NCBI RefSeq assembly: GCF_001194135.2
Contig: NC_068988.1
Coordinates: 82,571,781 to 82,635,780 of the forward strand
Direction of reading: 5' to 3'
Length of the DNA stretch: 64,000 nt
Source: Octopus bimaculoides
Taxonomy: Eukaryota
This document shows positions 53,426 to 64,000 of the stretch, in pieces. A program made the translations under genes and the position numbers. Below the pieces are notes generated by a model that was not told the origin of the DNA, searched no databases, and saw nothing but the letters and a program-made list of their open reading frames with translations. How positions within the stretch are numbered: position 1 is the stretch's first letter; the number at the start of each line of letters is the position of its first letter.

Positions 53426-54487
53426 TGAGTTCATTATATACTCCTTAATAAATAATGGAATTTTGATCTTGAAAACCTATTTTATTGCTTTAAAAGTTCC
53501 AGTTAACTGATATTATTTCTATAGAGTAAATATAATCTTGTTGTCCGTTACAATATGTCAATAGTTGATGTAAGTTGCTTGTCCACATGTTATTCAAAAG
53601 TAATTTCATCGTGGAATTCTATTTTAAATAGCTTACTAGTTATAAAAGGATAATCTATTACAATTTTTTCAACAAAATATAAACGAAAAAAACAGTAATT
53701 TCAAGCATCGTTTTGGCTGTTTGAACCCACAATTTTAGGGTTAGTAGGTTTTTAACTAAACTTGTGTTTTTTGCTTGCTTGTTTCTTTTCAGTTTTTTTT
53801 CAGAATAAACAAATTCGTCATTTATTTGAGCAAAACAAAAAGTTACACTTAACCTAGTTAAGAAGCACAAACGCTATTGTTTAAGCTTAGCATTTTACAG
53901 CATAATCTGAACTAAATTGTTATAGAGTTAACATATTTTAGAACAAATATCTCACTGAGGGCAATTAAAATAGGCCCCCAATGACTAAAAAGCATTATTG
54001 TTCAGAAAATACTATCAAATTAATCTTACTGGATTCGCTCAGTAGTCAAGAATTTGTCATCCACATAACAGAGTGCTCTCCCTTTGATTGTGGTTAACGA
54101 TGTTTTCAGGCTTCTCTATTACATTATTTTTATCAACATAAAATACCGATTTTCTTTTCACATGGTACAGTAGTTTCTTATTTATGCAAGTAATATTTCT
54201 TACTATCAGTGAGATTCATGCACCAGTTTAAGCTGCCAGTACGTGCGTGTGTGTATGTGTTTTGACGATTTTCTTTTACAAAAAAAAAAAAGAAAAAGAA
54301 ATTAGTTGTCCTATCCAAGCATAACAATCATTCTTTTTCCTTTAACTGCTATTTCTAAAACTAAAAGAATTAAAATCCCATGCAGTATCTGGCTATCAGC
54401 TTTCTAAGTTCAAATCCTGCTGGGGTCAACTTTGCCTTTCATTGTTGATAAATAATAGTCCAATACTAACGTCCATTTTTCCCCTGC

Positions 54488-54523
<36 letters not shown>

Positions 54524-54558
54524 GTCTCTCTTTCTGTCTCTCTCTCTCTCTCTTTCTG

Positions 54559-54589
<31 letters not shown>

Positions 54590-54625
54590 CTCTCTCTTTC
54601 TGTCTCTCTCTCTCTCTCTCTCTCA
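54488..54625. repeat. Compound (CT)n/(TTTCTG) microsatellite
   Basis: Direct reading. Confidence 0.95.
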
Positions 54626-55331
54626 CTAGATTCTCTCTGTAGTTCAAAAGCCTAACCTTGCCACAATGTGTCGTGCTGATTTAGCTGAGAACTTCACTAA
54701 AGATATATGTCTATGGAATATTCAGCCACTTAACAGGAACAGAAGGAATTCAATTGTTCCAGTAACCTGAATGCTAATCGTTGAGACTAACATCACATAT
54801 TCCTTATCAACACAAACACATATATTAGATCAAATATTTATTTTTAGACCATATAATGTAACTGAGATCCCAGTAAGAGTACCAACCATAGACTGAAACT
54901 AGTGAAAACAAAAACAATAGTCACTCAACCAATATGAGTTCAACACTCACTCACACACTCCAGGAGTCTTTTACTCCACAGCTGTGATGTCACCTCCAGT
55001 CTGCCCTTTCTACCACTAGGCTTCTGCTCCTCACAGCTGACTGGTGTCAAACCATCTCAAGCATTCTTGACTCACCCACCTCTCCTCTTATCACCTATGT
55101 GGTATTCACTCCTGCCAGACCCCACACTTAGAATATAGTCAACCCTTATTCCCTGGCACTAATCAATTCACCCATATCTTATTAACCATAATGTTGGCCC
55201 TCTGAAATTCCCTCCAAACAGATGTTGTTCCTATTCACATTGAGCAACAATAGTTTAAATCAAATGTCAATGATGTATCATCAGTTTCAGAAGGTGAGTA
55301 AAAACCAAGGGAACTGTCTCTTCCTCTTGAC

Positions 55332-55554
55332 CAGTGGTTCTCAACCAGGGTCCATATAAGGAAGTTGTTCAAATTTATCTGCAATAATTTGGTTATATTA
55401 ATACTTCTACAACACACAAAATCTTTTAATAATTATTTTTATACAATTCCTAATATTATTTAATTATAAAAATATAATAGGCTTTTTTTTAACATCATAT
55501 GAGTAAAATAGGAACCAATGGGGTCCATAGGTAAAAACTGGTTGAGAAATGCTG
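55332..55554. mobile_element. hAT (Charlie-like) MITE
   Basis: Termini CAGTGGTTCTCAACC / GGTTGAGAAATGCTG; degenerate 8-bp TSD ctcttgac / atctagat resembling NTCTAGAN. Confidence 0.65.
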
Positions 55555-55792
55555 ATCTAGATCTATTTAATAAATATACATTTTCTTAAAATATAAACGT
55601 TTATTCTAAAAATTAACCACTTGACAAAATCCTTTGAGCAAAGTCAACAACATTCTGAATGACAAATGCAGTTAGATTAACTTTACCAGAACTAAGATGA
55701 ATTAAGAGAAGTCATTTCTTATAAATGAATTACATGACTCTTGGGTAAGAATTAAGTGTAGGCACTGAAAATTAGCTAACAATATTTTTTGC

Positions 55793-55856
<64 letters not shown>

Positions 55857-56203
55857 TATTACCTATTTGCAAATACATAAGGTACCATGGTAAAATGCAA
55901 CCAGTACACCATATATAATGGTTGATCCAGCCACAGAAACCATACTAAAATAGAATACATATAAGCAAGACATCATCCCACTGATCATTCAAGCAAGAAA
56001 GTAATGCTACATAAGGACTTGAACCATAAAGACCTGTTCAACTCACACCACATGGAAAATGGATGTAAAATAATCATGATGATGATAATACACACAAACA
56101 TATATCTGTATGCACACATATTGGAGCACAATCCAGTCCTACAGGTCATTATATCCTGTCACATTATTTAACCCATGCCAACTTGGAAGATAGCCATTAA
56201 ATG

Positions 56204-56246
<43 letters not shown>

Positions 56247-56256
56247 NNNNNNNNNN

Positions 56257-56290
<34 letters not shown>

Positions 56291-56499
56291 GGTGAAGTCA
56301 AGAGAGTGTTATTCAACAGCCCACTTTTCATCACTTTAAGTTCAATCCCACTGCATCTTGGGCAAGAATCTTCTATTACAGCCCCTGGTCAAACAATGAG
56401 TAAACTTGTAAGATGTAATCAGTAGGACACCCGTTGTATGTGTGTGTGTGCATTTAAATACATATACATACATATATATATCATCATATGCATGTATAT

Positions 56500-57060
56500 C
56501 ATCATCATTTAGTGTCTGCTTTCCATGCAGGGATGGCTTAGATGGTTTGACTGAAACTGACAAGCGGGAGAGCTGCACCAGATTCCAATCTGATTTGGCA
56601 TGGTTTCTTCAGCTGGATGCCCTTCCTAAAGCCAACCACTCCCAAAGTGTAAGAGGTGTGTTTTACATACCAGTTACATGACACTGGCATTGGTCACAAC
56701 TACACTTTCACTTGGCTTGATGAGCCTTCTCAAGCACAGCATATGACCAAAGGTCTCGGTCACTTATCATTGCCTCTGAGGCCACATATTCAAAGGGTGC
56801 TTTTTATGTGCCACCGACATGGGTGCCTGTTACATGACACCAGCATCAGCCATGGCTACAGTTTCACTTGGCTTAACAGATCTTCTCATGCACAGCATAT
56901 CACCAAAGGTCTCGGTCACTTGCCATTGCCTCCGTGAGGCCCAATGTTCGAATATCATGCTTCACCACCTCATCCCATATCTTCCTTGGTCTACCTCTTC
57001 GACAGGTTCCCTCCACAGTTAGAGATCAGCACTTTTTTACACTGCTGTCCTCATTCATAC
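56500..57060 (-). mobile_element. RTE LINE 3' end with internally duplicated 3'UTR unit
   Basis: Same tail motif; reverse strand encodes CGR.RPRKIWDEVVKHD; ~90-bp unit repeated at about 56700 and 56860. Confidence 0.85.
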
Positions 57061-57937
57061 ACATCACAATAAAACCAGACACTCAATAATTACAAAGACA
57101 TGTAGAATTGTAAAAAATTTCTTACTTGGAAAACAGGTATGGATAAGCGACAGGAAGAGTATCCATTCATGCAATCCTGACTTAAATAAGTCACTACCCA
57201 ACTTATGCTAGCATGGAAAAAAACAATGGCATCTGAATTTTTTAGGACTCTTTGCAAGTATTAAAATTCTCGCCTAAAAGAGATGAGACTCCTCTTATAC
57301 ACATAACCCTAATGAATCAAGAGCTAAACACTGTTAGTTTCAGTGTATTTTGTGGAGCTGTTTATCATTGATATGTTATTTATCTACAACATATATGAAC
57401 ACAGATCAAGCCTGTGCTGGTAGATAGAAAAAAAAAAAAAAGAGAACTGATTTTTTTGAAAAACAATTTTCAGCTTTATTTGTGATCTATATCATTGCAC
57501 GGAGGCAACAATAAGTGACCGAGACCTTTGGCAATAGGCCATGCTTGAGAAGACTCATCAAACCAGGTGAAAGTATACATAGTTGTGGCCAATGCTGGTG
57601 TCACATAATTGGCACATAAAATGCACCCACAACACTCTTGGAGTGGTTGGCATTAGGAAGGGCATCCAGCTTAAGAAACCATGCTGAAAATCTGCTTTCT
57701 TCAGTAGCAAATACAAAATCTGTTTCCAATAAATTTATCAATCATTTTCTATTTAATTATTTAGTATAATCTTTCCATACTGGATAGACAAGTGAAATAA
57801 TGTACATACATACATACATGTGTTTGATCAACTGGATGTATATAATATAGACTTAGAATGATTGAGCACAAATGAATTGAGATTGCATTGGAAGTAGATG
57901 TATGTAGGAGAAATATTTGAACAAGTAAAGCAATTAC

Positions 57938-58002
57938 TTGATAAGCTGAGTACAAAAAAGGCCTTCAAGTTGGTGGTCAGAGGTATTTCTGATAGAGCAA
58001 AG
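57938..58002 (-). CDS. Candidate upstream exon (65 nt); FALSEIPLTTNLKAFFVLSLS in the phase 2->1 frame
   Basis: Strong acceptor gtatttcttatttcttcag|, donor AA|gtaatt. Two frames are open. Confidence 0.4.
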
Positions 58003-58084
58003 CTGAAGAAATAAGAAATACATTGAGAGTTATATTTAGGCCTCACATCTTTGGATCAAGATACATCAGAAGATTCTGGGGTCC

Positions 58085-58133
<49 letters not shown>

Positions 58134-58143
58134 NNNNNNNNNN

Positions 58144-58177
<34 letters not shown>

Positions 58178-59568
58178 ACACACGTGCATGTCCAAGTACA
58201 TATGCACAATATTTCTTCCAAGTGACAATTCAATGATTTAAAATTATTACTGATTTATATATATATATATATGCATGGAGACATTCTCATCTGATTACAG
58301 ATCTGCATCATAAAAATAATAAAATGGTAAAGTATCATTTTCCAAAAAATTAAATGAATTCATTCAAAGAATAGAACTTTTCAATCAACAAAATCGCTTT
58401 GTCATTAAATGAAGGAAAATATATCATAAATCTTGATTCATTACCAAGTGACACAATGTGATTGCTTCCAATTCAAGCTACAGTATTAGAAAAGTGAAAA
58501 ACAAATTACTTTTTGCTATCTATTACAAGCTGAAAATATATTATTTCATTAAATGCAAAGCTCAAAAGGAAATTATTTACATTCTGATCATTATGAAATT
58601 TTTATAATCATAAAAATATAACCAATTCAAATATATTTAAATTATAATTTATGAAAAAAAATGTATTCATGTAAATGTTGGTTTAGAACAGACAGTATTT
58701 TTGCATGTCATAAGAGGAGCTGGCACCAAAGTGTAAAATGCCATCTCGAAAACAAACTTTATAATGAATAGTATAGTACATGGGTGAGAATCCACACACA
58801 TTTTCATCAAAACTATGTGGAGAATCAGGTCAGAGCAAGAGAGGAATTCAGTGCATTTAGGATGACCAAATGCTGATGTAGAAATCAGGGAGATTAGGGA
58901 AGTGGTGGAGACATTGACAAGAAGAAGAGTGAATATAGGTCGTAATATAACTTAAAATAATGGAGTGGGAAATGAAGGTAAGGGGAAGATGTTGAGGATA
59001 GGATGAAATGAAGAAGATTTATGGAGGCCTTCACTTGGCTAACACCTATTTTAGCAGGGAAAATGGTCATAAAACATTAGTGGTATGTTGGAAGTCATTA
59101 TTGATAACATCACACAATGTTAAAATAAACACACACAAGTAAAAAGTAAAACAGATATAACTCACAACATACATCTAACACTTCAATTTCAATATCCAGT
59201 GTAAACAACTAAACAAATCTGAGTGATAAAATCTACAAAAATCACATTTGCCTACCATAAAATGAGACAGTTACAAGTCAACAACACTATGGTGCACCGA
59301 TGAGTCTAAAAACATTATGATGGATTTAGGAAATTTATTGCTCACGCAAGAGAGTGAACAAATGCAAACAAGTAGCACTCAACACATAGTTGACATCATA
59401 TTTGAGTAGTAGGTTGACTTAGCTGCTTCGACTTCTCAATGTCCAAGGAACTAGTCATGCTCTTTTTTTTTTTTTTGTCACATCCACAAAACTATAAGTA
59501 ACATGAGGAGCTCCTCATGTTACCTATTAATATACATATATACATACCTACACATATTTGTGCATTTA

Positions 59569-60850
59569 TTGGGTCATCCCATAAATAATGCCTTTTTTTT
59601 TACACTACTTTTATTTTTCAAAATTAAGTTGAAGTTCTTTTTTAATCTAAAATATACTCTCCTTCATTTTCTATGCTCTTCTATCTATCTCGTAGACTTG
59701 CAAGGCCCCTCTTCCAAAATTCACTTGTCCGTGATAAAAGTACTCCTCCAGTACTGTTCTGGCCTTGTCTACAGAATTCATATTTTTTTCCATCGAAATG
59801 ATTTTGAATACTGCAAAATAAATGATAATCAGATGGGAGCAATGTCCGGCGAATATGGTGGGTGGGGCATCGTTTCCCATTCAAACTGCTCCAGCCTTTG
59901 GAATGTCATCCTCGTTGTATGTGGCCGAGCATTATTCTGATGGAAGAACACCTTTCGTCTTGAAACCAAAGGTGGTCGTTTTTCTTCTAGCACTAACTTA
60001 AGCTGCTCAAGCTGCTCACAATAGATCTCCTTTGTTATCATTTGGTTTGGATTTAAAAGTTCAAAGTGGACTAAACCTTTCATATCCCACCAAACAGATA
60101 ACAACACCTTACATAGGTGACAATCTTCTTTAACCTGGGGTGCTGGTGTTTCTCCTTCCCTATCCACTGTCTTTGAAGCTTGACAGTCTTATAGAAAACC
60201 CATTTCTCATCACCAGTCACTATTCGGTCTAAAAAAGGTTCATTCATGAGAAGTGACAGTAAAGAAGAGCACACATTCACTCTCTGTGCACAATTAGACT
60301 CAGAAAGTTTGCAAAGAACCCACTGACCCAATTTGCTGACTTTTCTAATGGCATCCAGGTGTCAATGAATGGTTGAGTAACTAAATCCAAGCTTCTCTGC
60401 TAGTACAACAGTTATACAATGGGATTTTGTTTCACCAGGTTTTGCAGGACGTCCTCGTTGAGCTCTATAGATCTTCCAGGAAGAGGCTCATCTCCTAAGC
60501 TGTAGTTTCCAGCTCGGAATTTCTGGAACCAGCATTGACAATGGACTTACGCTTATAGTCTAATCCTCATATACTACATTAATATTCCTCGCACTTTCCT
60601 TTGCATTGTTGCTTTTATTGAACTCATAAAGCAAAATAAGCCAAATATGCTCCTTTGTCACTTCCATTATAGCCTTGAAAAATTAACTGTTAAAATCAAA
60701 CTGCACTCTACAAAACTTGCACTAAGAATAAGGACAAGGTAAAATTACTACCTGCTTTTATTACAAGTTGATGCAGGTAGTTTATCCTGTCCCCCTCCAA
60801 CTTTTAGTTCATTCAATTGAAAAAACCACATTATTTATGGGATGACCCAA
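59569..60850 (-). mobile_element. Full-length (1282 bp) mariner element with disrupted transposase (ATG near 60667)
   Basis: Perfect 22-bp TIRs TTGGGTCATCCCATAAATAATG, TA TSD on both sides; motifs IVTGDEKWVFY, HQNNARPH, YSPDIAP; frameshifts and stops. Confidence 0.95.
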
Positions 60851-61273
60851 TATATATCTATATAAATATGTGTGTGTGTGTGTTTTTGTATCTTATATAC
60901 ATATCACTAACAGTTGTGCCTTTTTTAAACCTGCTTTGGGGTCCTGTGATACAAATCTTTTGTGCTCCCACCACTAAGCTTGCCAGAACAAGTTGCAGGC
61001 TTATCGCTTTGTTGCACTGGCATTGTGTGTAGACTAATATATTTTTCAAATGGACCCCTCTACCTAAGACCCAAATCCTTAGTTAACCCATGCAACAGAT
61101 TTTGTGGTATGGTTATTCTTTTGAACCCTTTTCATATCAAGCTTGGAATTTGTGCTGGACCTACAAGTGTATAGAAAATGTAAGAATGGTTCCTTTTGAT
61201 AGGGTCCAATGGATAAGATAACTGGAGACTATCCCCATAACCTCTCAGGAATAGTAGGCAGAGAAGAAGGATG

Positions 61274-61315
<42 letters not shown>

Positions 61316-61859
61316 CACACAATCTATTTACACTTTGAACAGCATCTCTCATCAAAGCTCAGCTCATATTCACCGTAATAGTTTTTTTTCAGTCTACATT
61401 TCCTCCAGTCCACCAGTCTGACACTAACTTTTACTTTGCTAAGAATACAATTATTCCTTTATTCATATCTGTTTACACGATTTACAAATCTTTTCATTTC
61501 CCTTCTAGATTCTATATCTCACTATTTTTTTGAAGTTTCAGTATTTATCAAAAGAAAAAAACATTAATCAATAAGATATTGGTAATGGCAGCTTTATCTC
61601 ATATCCGAGAATTTATTTTCTTTTTTGTAGAATGCTTCCTTTATGGTGATGTCATTGATGACTGTAGACCAATTCTTGCATAGAACAGTTGATGGTACTG
61701 GTTGGTGGAGGACAAGGTTGATTTTGTCATGTCCACACTCACACACATTCAAAAAGAGAATATATATATAATACAAATCAGGAGAAAGCTATTCAGAGGA
61801 AGGTGTTTCCCTTACTAAGTGTGTTTAGCAGTCATTATATATATATATATCTGTAAAAA

Positions 61860-62450
61860 TATGTGGCACTTATTCAGTAGCCATGATAAAACTCCGAGTT
61901 TCGGATGCTGGGGTGGAAGCCCATGCCAACATCTCTTCAGTTAACCGGCCATTGAAAATTCCTGTGAAAAATGACCGTTAAAGAGAAATTACTGTGTGGT
62001 TGACCTTCATTAAGACAAAAGAGCTATAGACTGGTAAGTAAGGGGGTAAAAGTGAGGGAGTGGAGAAGTCTATAGTGTTCGCGTAAGCGCACCAATCCGT
62101 ACATTCGCCTATATTTATATACTAAACCACCCTCGCTTGAAACACACACATGCTCACCCACATACTCGCCAAAAACTATACATATACGTACATATACATA
62201 CCTGCATACACACCCACACTAACACGCACACAACAACCCCGCACCAATACATACGCAAGCAAAGAAGTTTTATAGGGCTAAAAGCAAAAACAGAAGAAAG
62301 TGTGGGAAAGCTATAAGGTTAAAACGCATCTAATATGCACATATTTTCGCATGCACGCACATCTATATATGCACGTACCCACACACAAGCACACATTCAC
62401 AAGTGCGCACATAAGGTTCCATGTATGTGTCTATAGACGCACAGGAAAAA
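61860..62450. promoter_or_regulatory. CpG-retaining promoter-like region with CCAAT motifs
   Basis: Visibly many CG dinucleotides compared with the CpG-poor introns; CCAAT near 62092 and 62245; plus-strand consensus donor CTG|gtaagt at 62033/62034. Confidence 0.35.
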
Positions 62451-62519
62451 CAGGGTGGAGAGGAGAAAACAGAAAAATATGTGTGGAAAAAATACAAAAC
62501 ATTAACTCTATAATTATGT

Positions 62520-63015
62520 AAAAAATATTTTTAAAATATATATAAACAATATAAAAAGTCCAAGTAAAAAGTATAGGATAAAAAGCTTATACATAGACAC
62601 AATATAGAAAGCAAATCCTATCAGTACAGTCCTATCAGCAAGTCCTATCAGTAAAAATATTTTTAAAATATATAAGAAATCTAAGAAGTATAGAGATAAA
62701 AAGCTTATACATAGACGCAATATAGAAAGCAAGTCCTATCAGTAAACTCAGGGGGACCAAAAACGTAGCAAATATTTGGCCATATGTCGACATGACCGAA
62801 AAGTCCAGTCTTTGAATTTAGACATGTGGCGAGGTCTCAGCTGCCTTTCCAGATGAGCCATCTTTCCATATCACAGAGACCGCACCTTCCGCTGCCGCTA
62901 GTGTAAGGTTTACACTTGGCTAAGATCTTCCAATGGATGTTGTAACTGACACCTTTATCTGATAGGACTTGCTTTCTATATTGTGTCTATGTATAAGCTT
63001 TTTATCTCTCTATAC
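62520..63015 (-). mobile_element. Penelope-like retroelement remnant: GIY-YIG endonuclease C-terminus (62748-62959) flanked by direct and inverted ~55-bp repeats
   Basis: Translation DKGVSYNIHWKILAKCKPYTSGSGRCGLCDMER..LNSKTGLFG/CRHMAKYLL matches the PLE C-terminal pattern W.IL...PY....C.LC..E..LN...CRH..K; one stop and one frameshift. Confidence 0.8.
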
Positions 63016-63595
63016 TTTAACATTTCAAACAAATAAATGATTTAAAATAAATATATTTTAATTGTTATGTGAGAAAGTATATATAATCTCATTATAAAAT
63101 ATAGTGTCTTTCAAAAACATCCTATATTTGAAACTATATCTCATGTTTAAGAAATAAAAAATGCATTTTACATTTTCATTTGTGATGAACACTGACACTT
63201 TGTCTTCCTTACTCACACCTACCTTTTCTTTCATTAGTCACTTTCTGTCTCCCTCTCCCACTTTTTCTTTACTTTCTTTTTTGTTAGACACTGGCAAACA
63301 ATCTCTATCTCTCTCTCAATCCCCCTATCACACATACACACATACATCAACACACAATTTCTCTCTCTCTCTCCCTCACACGCATACGCACTTTCATTTT
63401 GCCATGTTAGCAAACTTCAAAATTGGTAAAAGTTATGGTTGAAAATCGATTTTTACAGCTATACGCGGATGCCTCTGAGAAAAAGTTGACGAAAATGCAG
63501 ATAGGGTCATGACAAATGTCCTCCTAAAATTGGAGCGACATGCGTGCTAATTTGTGGACGTGCATAAATTACATTCCCGTACACACACATCTTGC

Positions 63596-63635
<40 letters not shown>

Positions 63636-63950
63636 AATTTAAGGAATGGAGAAAACGCATGTTATAATTGCATACTTTATTCCTACATATGTATATTTGA
63701 AACTATGTATACATGTATGTATATGCGTATCTTTATTTTATTAGGTAATAGGCGTAGATGTATAGCTATGTGTATGTGTATGAGTCTATTCCTATTTATA
63801 CATGTGTATATATAAATGGATACATATGTGTATATGGGGACATGCACACGTGTATATTTGTATACGTGTGGGTACGTATGTGCATATGTATAAATTTGGA
63901 CGTATGAGTGTATATATATATATATATATACATACAAGTACACATATATA

Positions 63951-64000
<50 letters not shown>

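Noticed and set aside
59288-59340. Hammerhead-like CCGATGA-GTCTAAA...TTTAG-GAAA
   Set aside because: Core U is replaced by C, stem II lacks its closing pairs, and no valid UH cleavage site fits stem I. At best a dead relic.
59403-59440. TGAGTAGTAGGTTG resembling let-7 in a weak hairpin
   Set aside because: One-base deletion in the seed, the 3' half does not match, and the hairpin is too short.
60960-61730. Coding-looking plus-strand stretches and a strong plus-strand acceptor at about 61630
   Set aside because: Stops in the plausible frames and no recognisable family; probably a decayed repeat.

Overview
AT-rich, repeat-dense animal genomic DNA with 7 assembly gaps. The SINE/RTE families and (CA)n/(TA)n/(CAT)n microsatellites look like Octopus/cephalopod DNA (inference, no database search). 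Most ORF-track entries are microsatellite or repeat artefacts. Main signal: a minus-strand multi-exon gene built by hand from canonical GT-AG sites with fully compatible phases. Exons, 5'->3': 41427-41475, 33884-34152, 30341-30441, 21275-21362, 13491-13525, 13215-13395, 5444-5521, 3501-3663, plus possible upstream exons at 57938-58002, 47561-47623, 46876-46918, 45673-45702. From the ATG at 41465 the CDS is 954 nt (317 codons plus stop). The product is a Ser/Pro-rich N-terminal region followed by sequence that aligns by eye to the Ty3/Gypsy Pol thumb/connection and RNase H region, with most catalytic acids lost. It is therefore a candidate intron-containing domesticated retrotransposon gene. 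One exon has a single in-frame TGA (21331-21333) that appears to fall on a conserved Trp, which raises the possibility of A-to-I or other recoding. The introns hold two mariners, an internally deleted Tc1, piggyBac-like and hAT-like MITEs, RTE/CR1-like LINE fragments, several SINE families, a 117-bp perfect inverted repeat carrying a minimal hammerhead-like motif, and a duplicated SINE-RTE chimera. A Penelope-like GIY-YIG fragment with direct and inverted terminal repeats lies at 62.5-63.0 kb, beside a CpG-retaining promoter-like region. Repeat boundaries are approximate unless TIRs or TSDs are cited.
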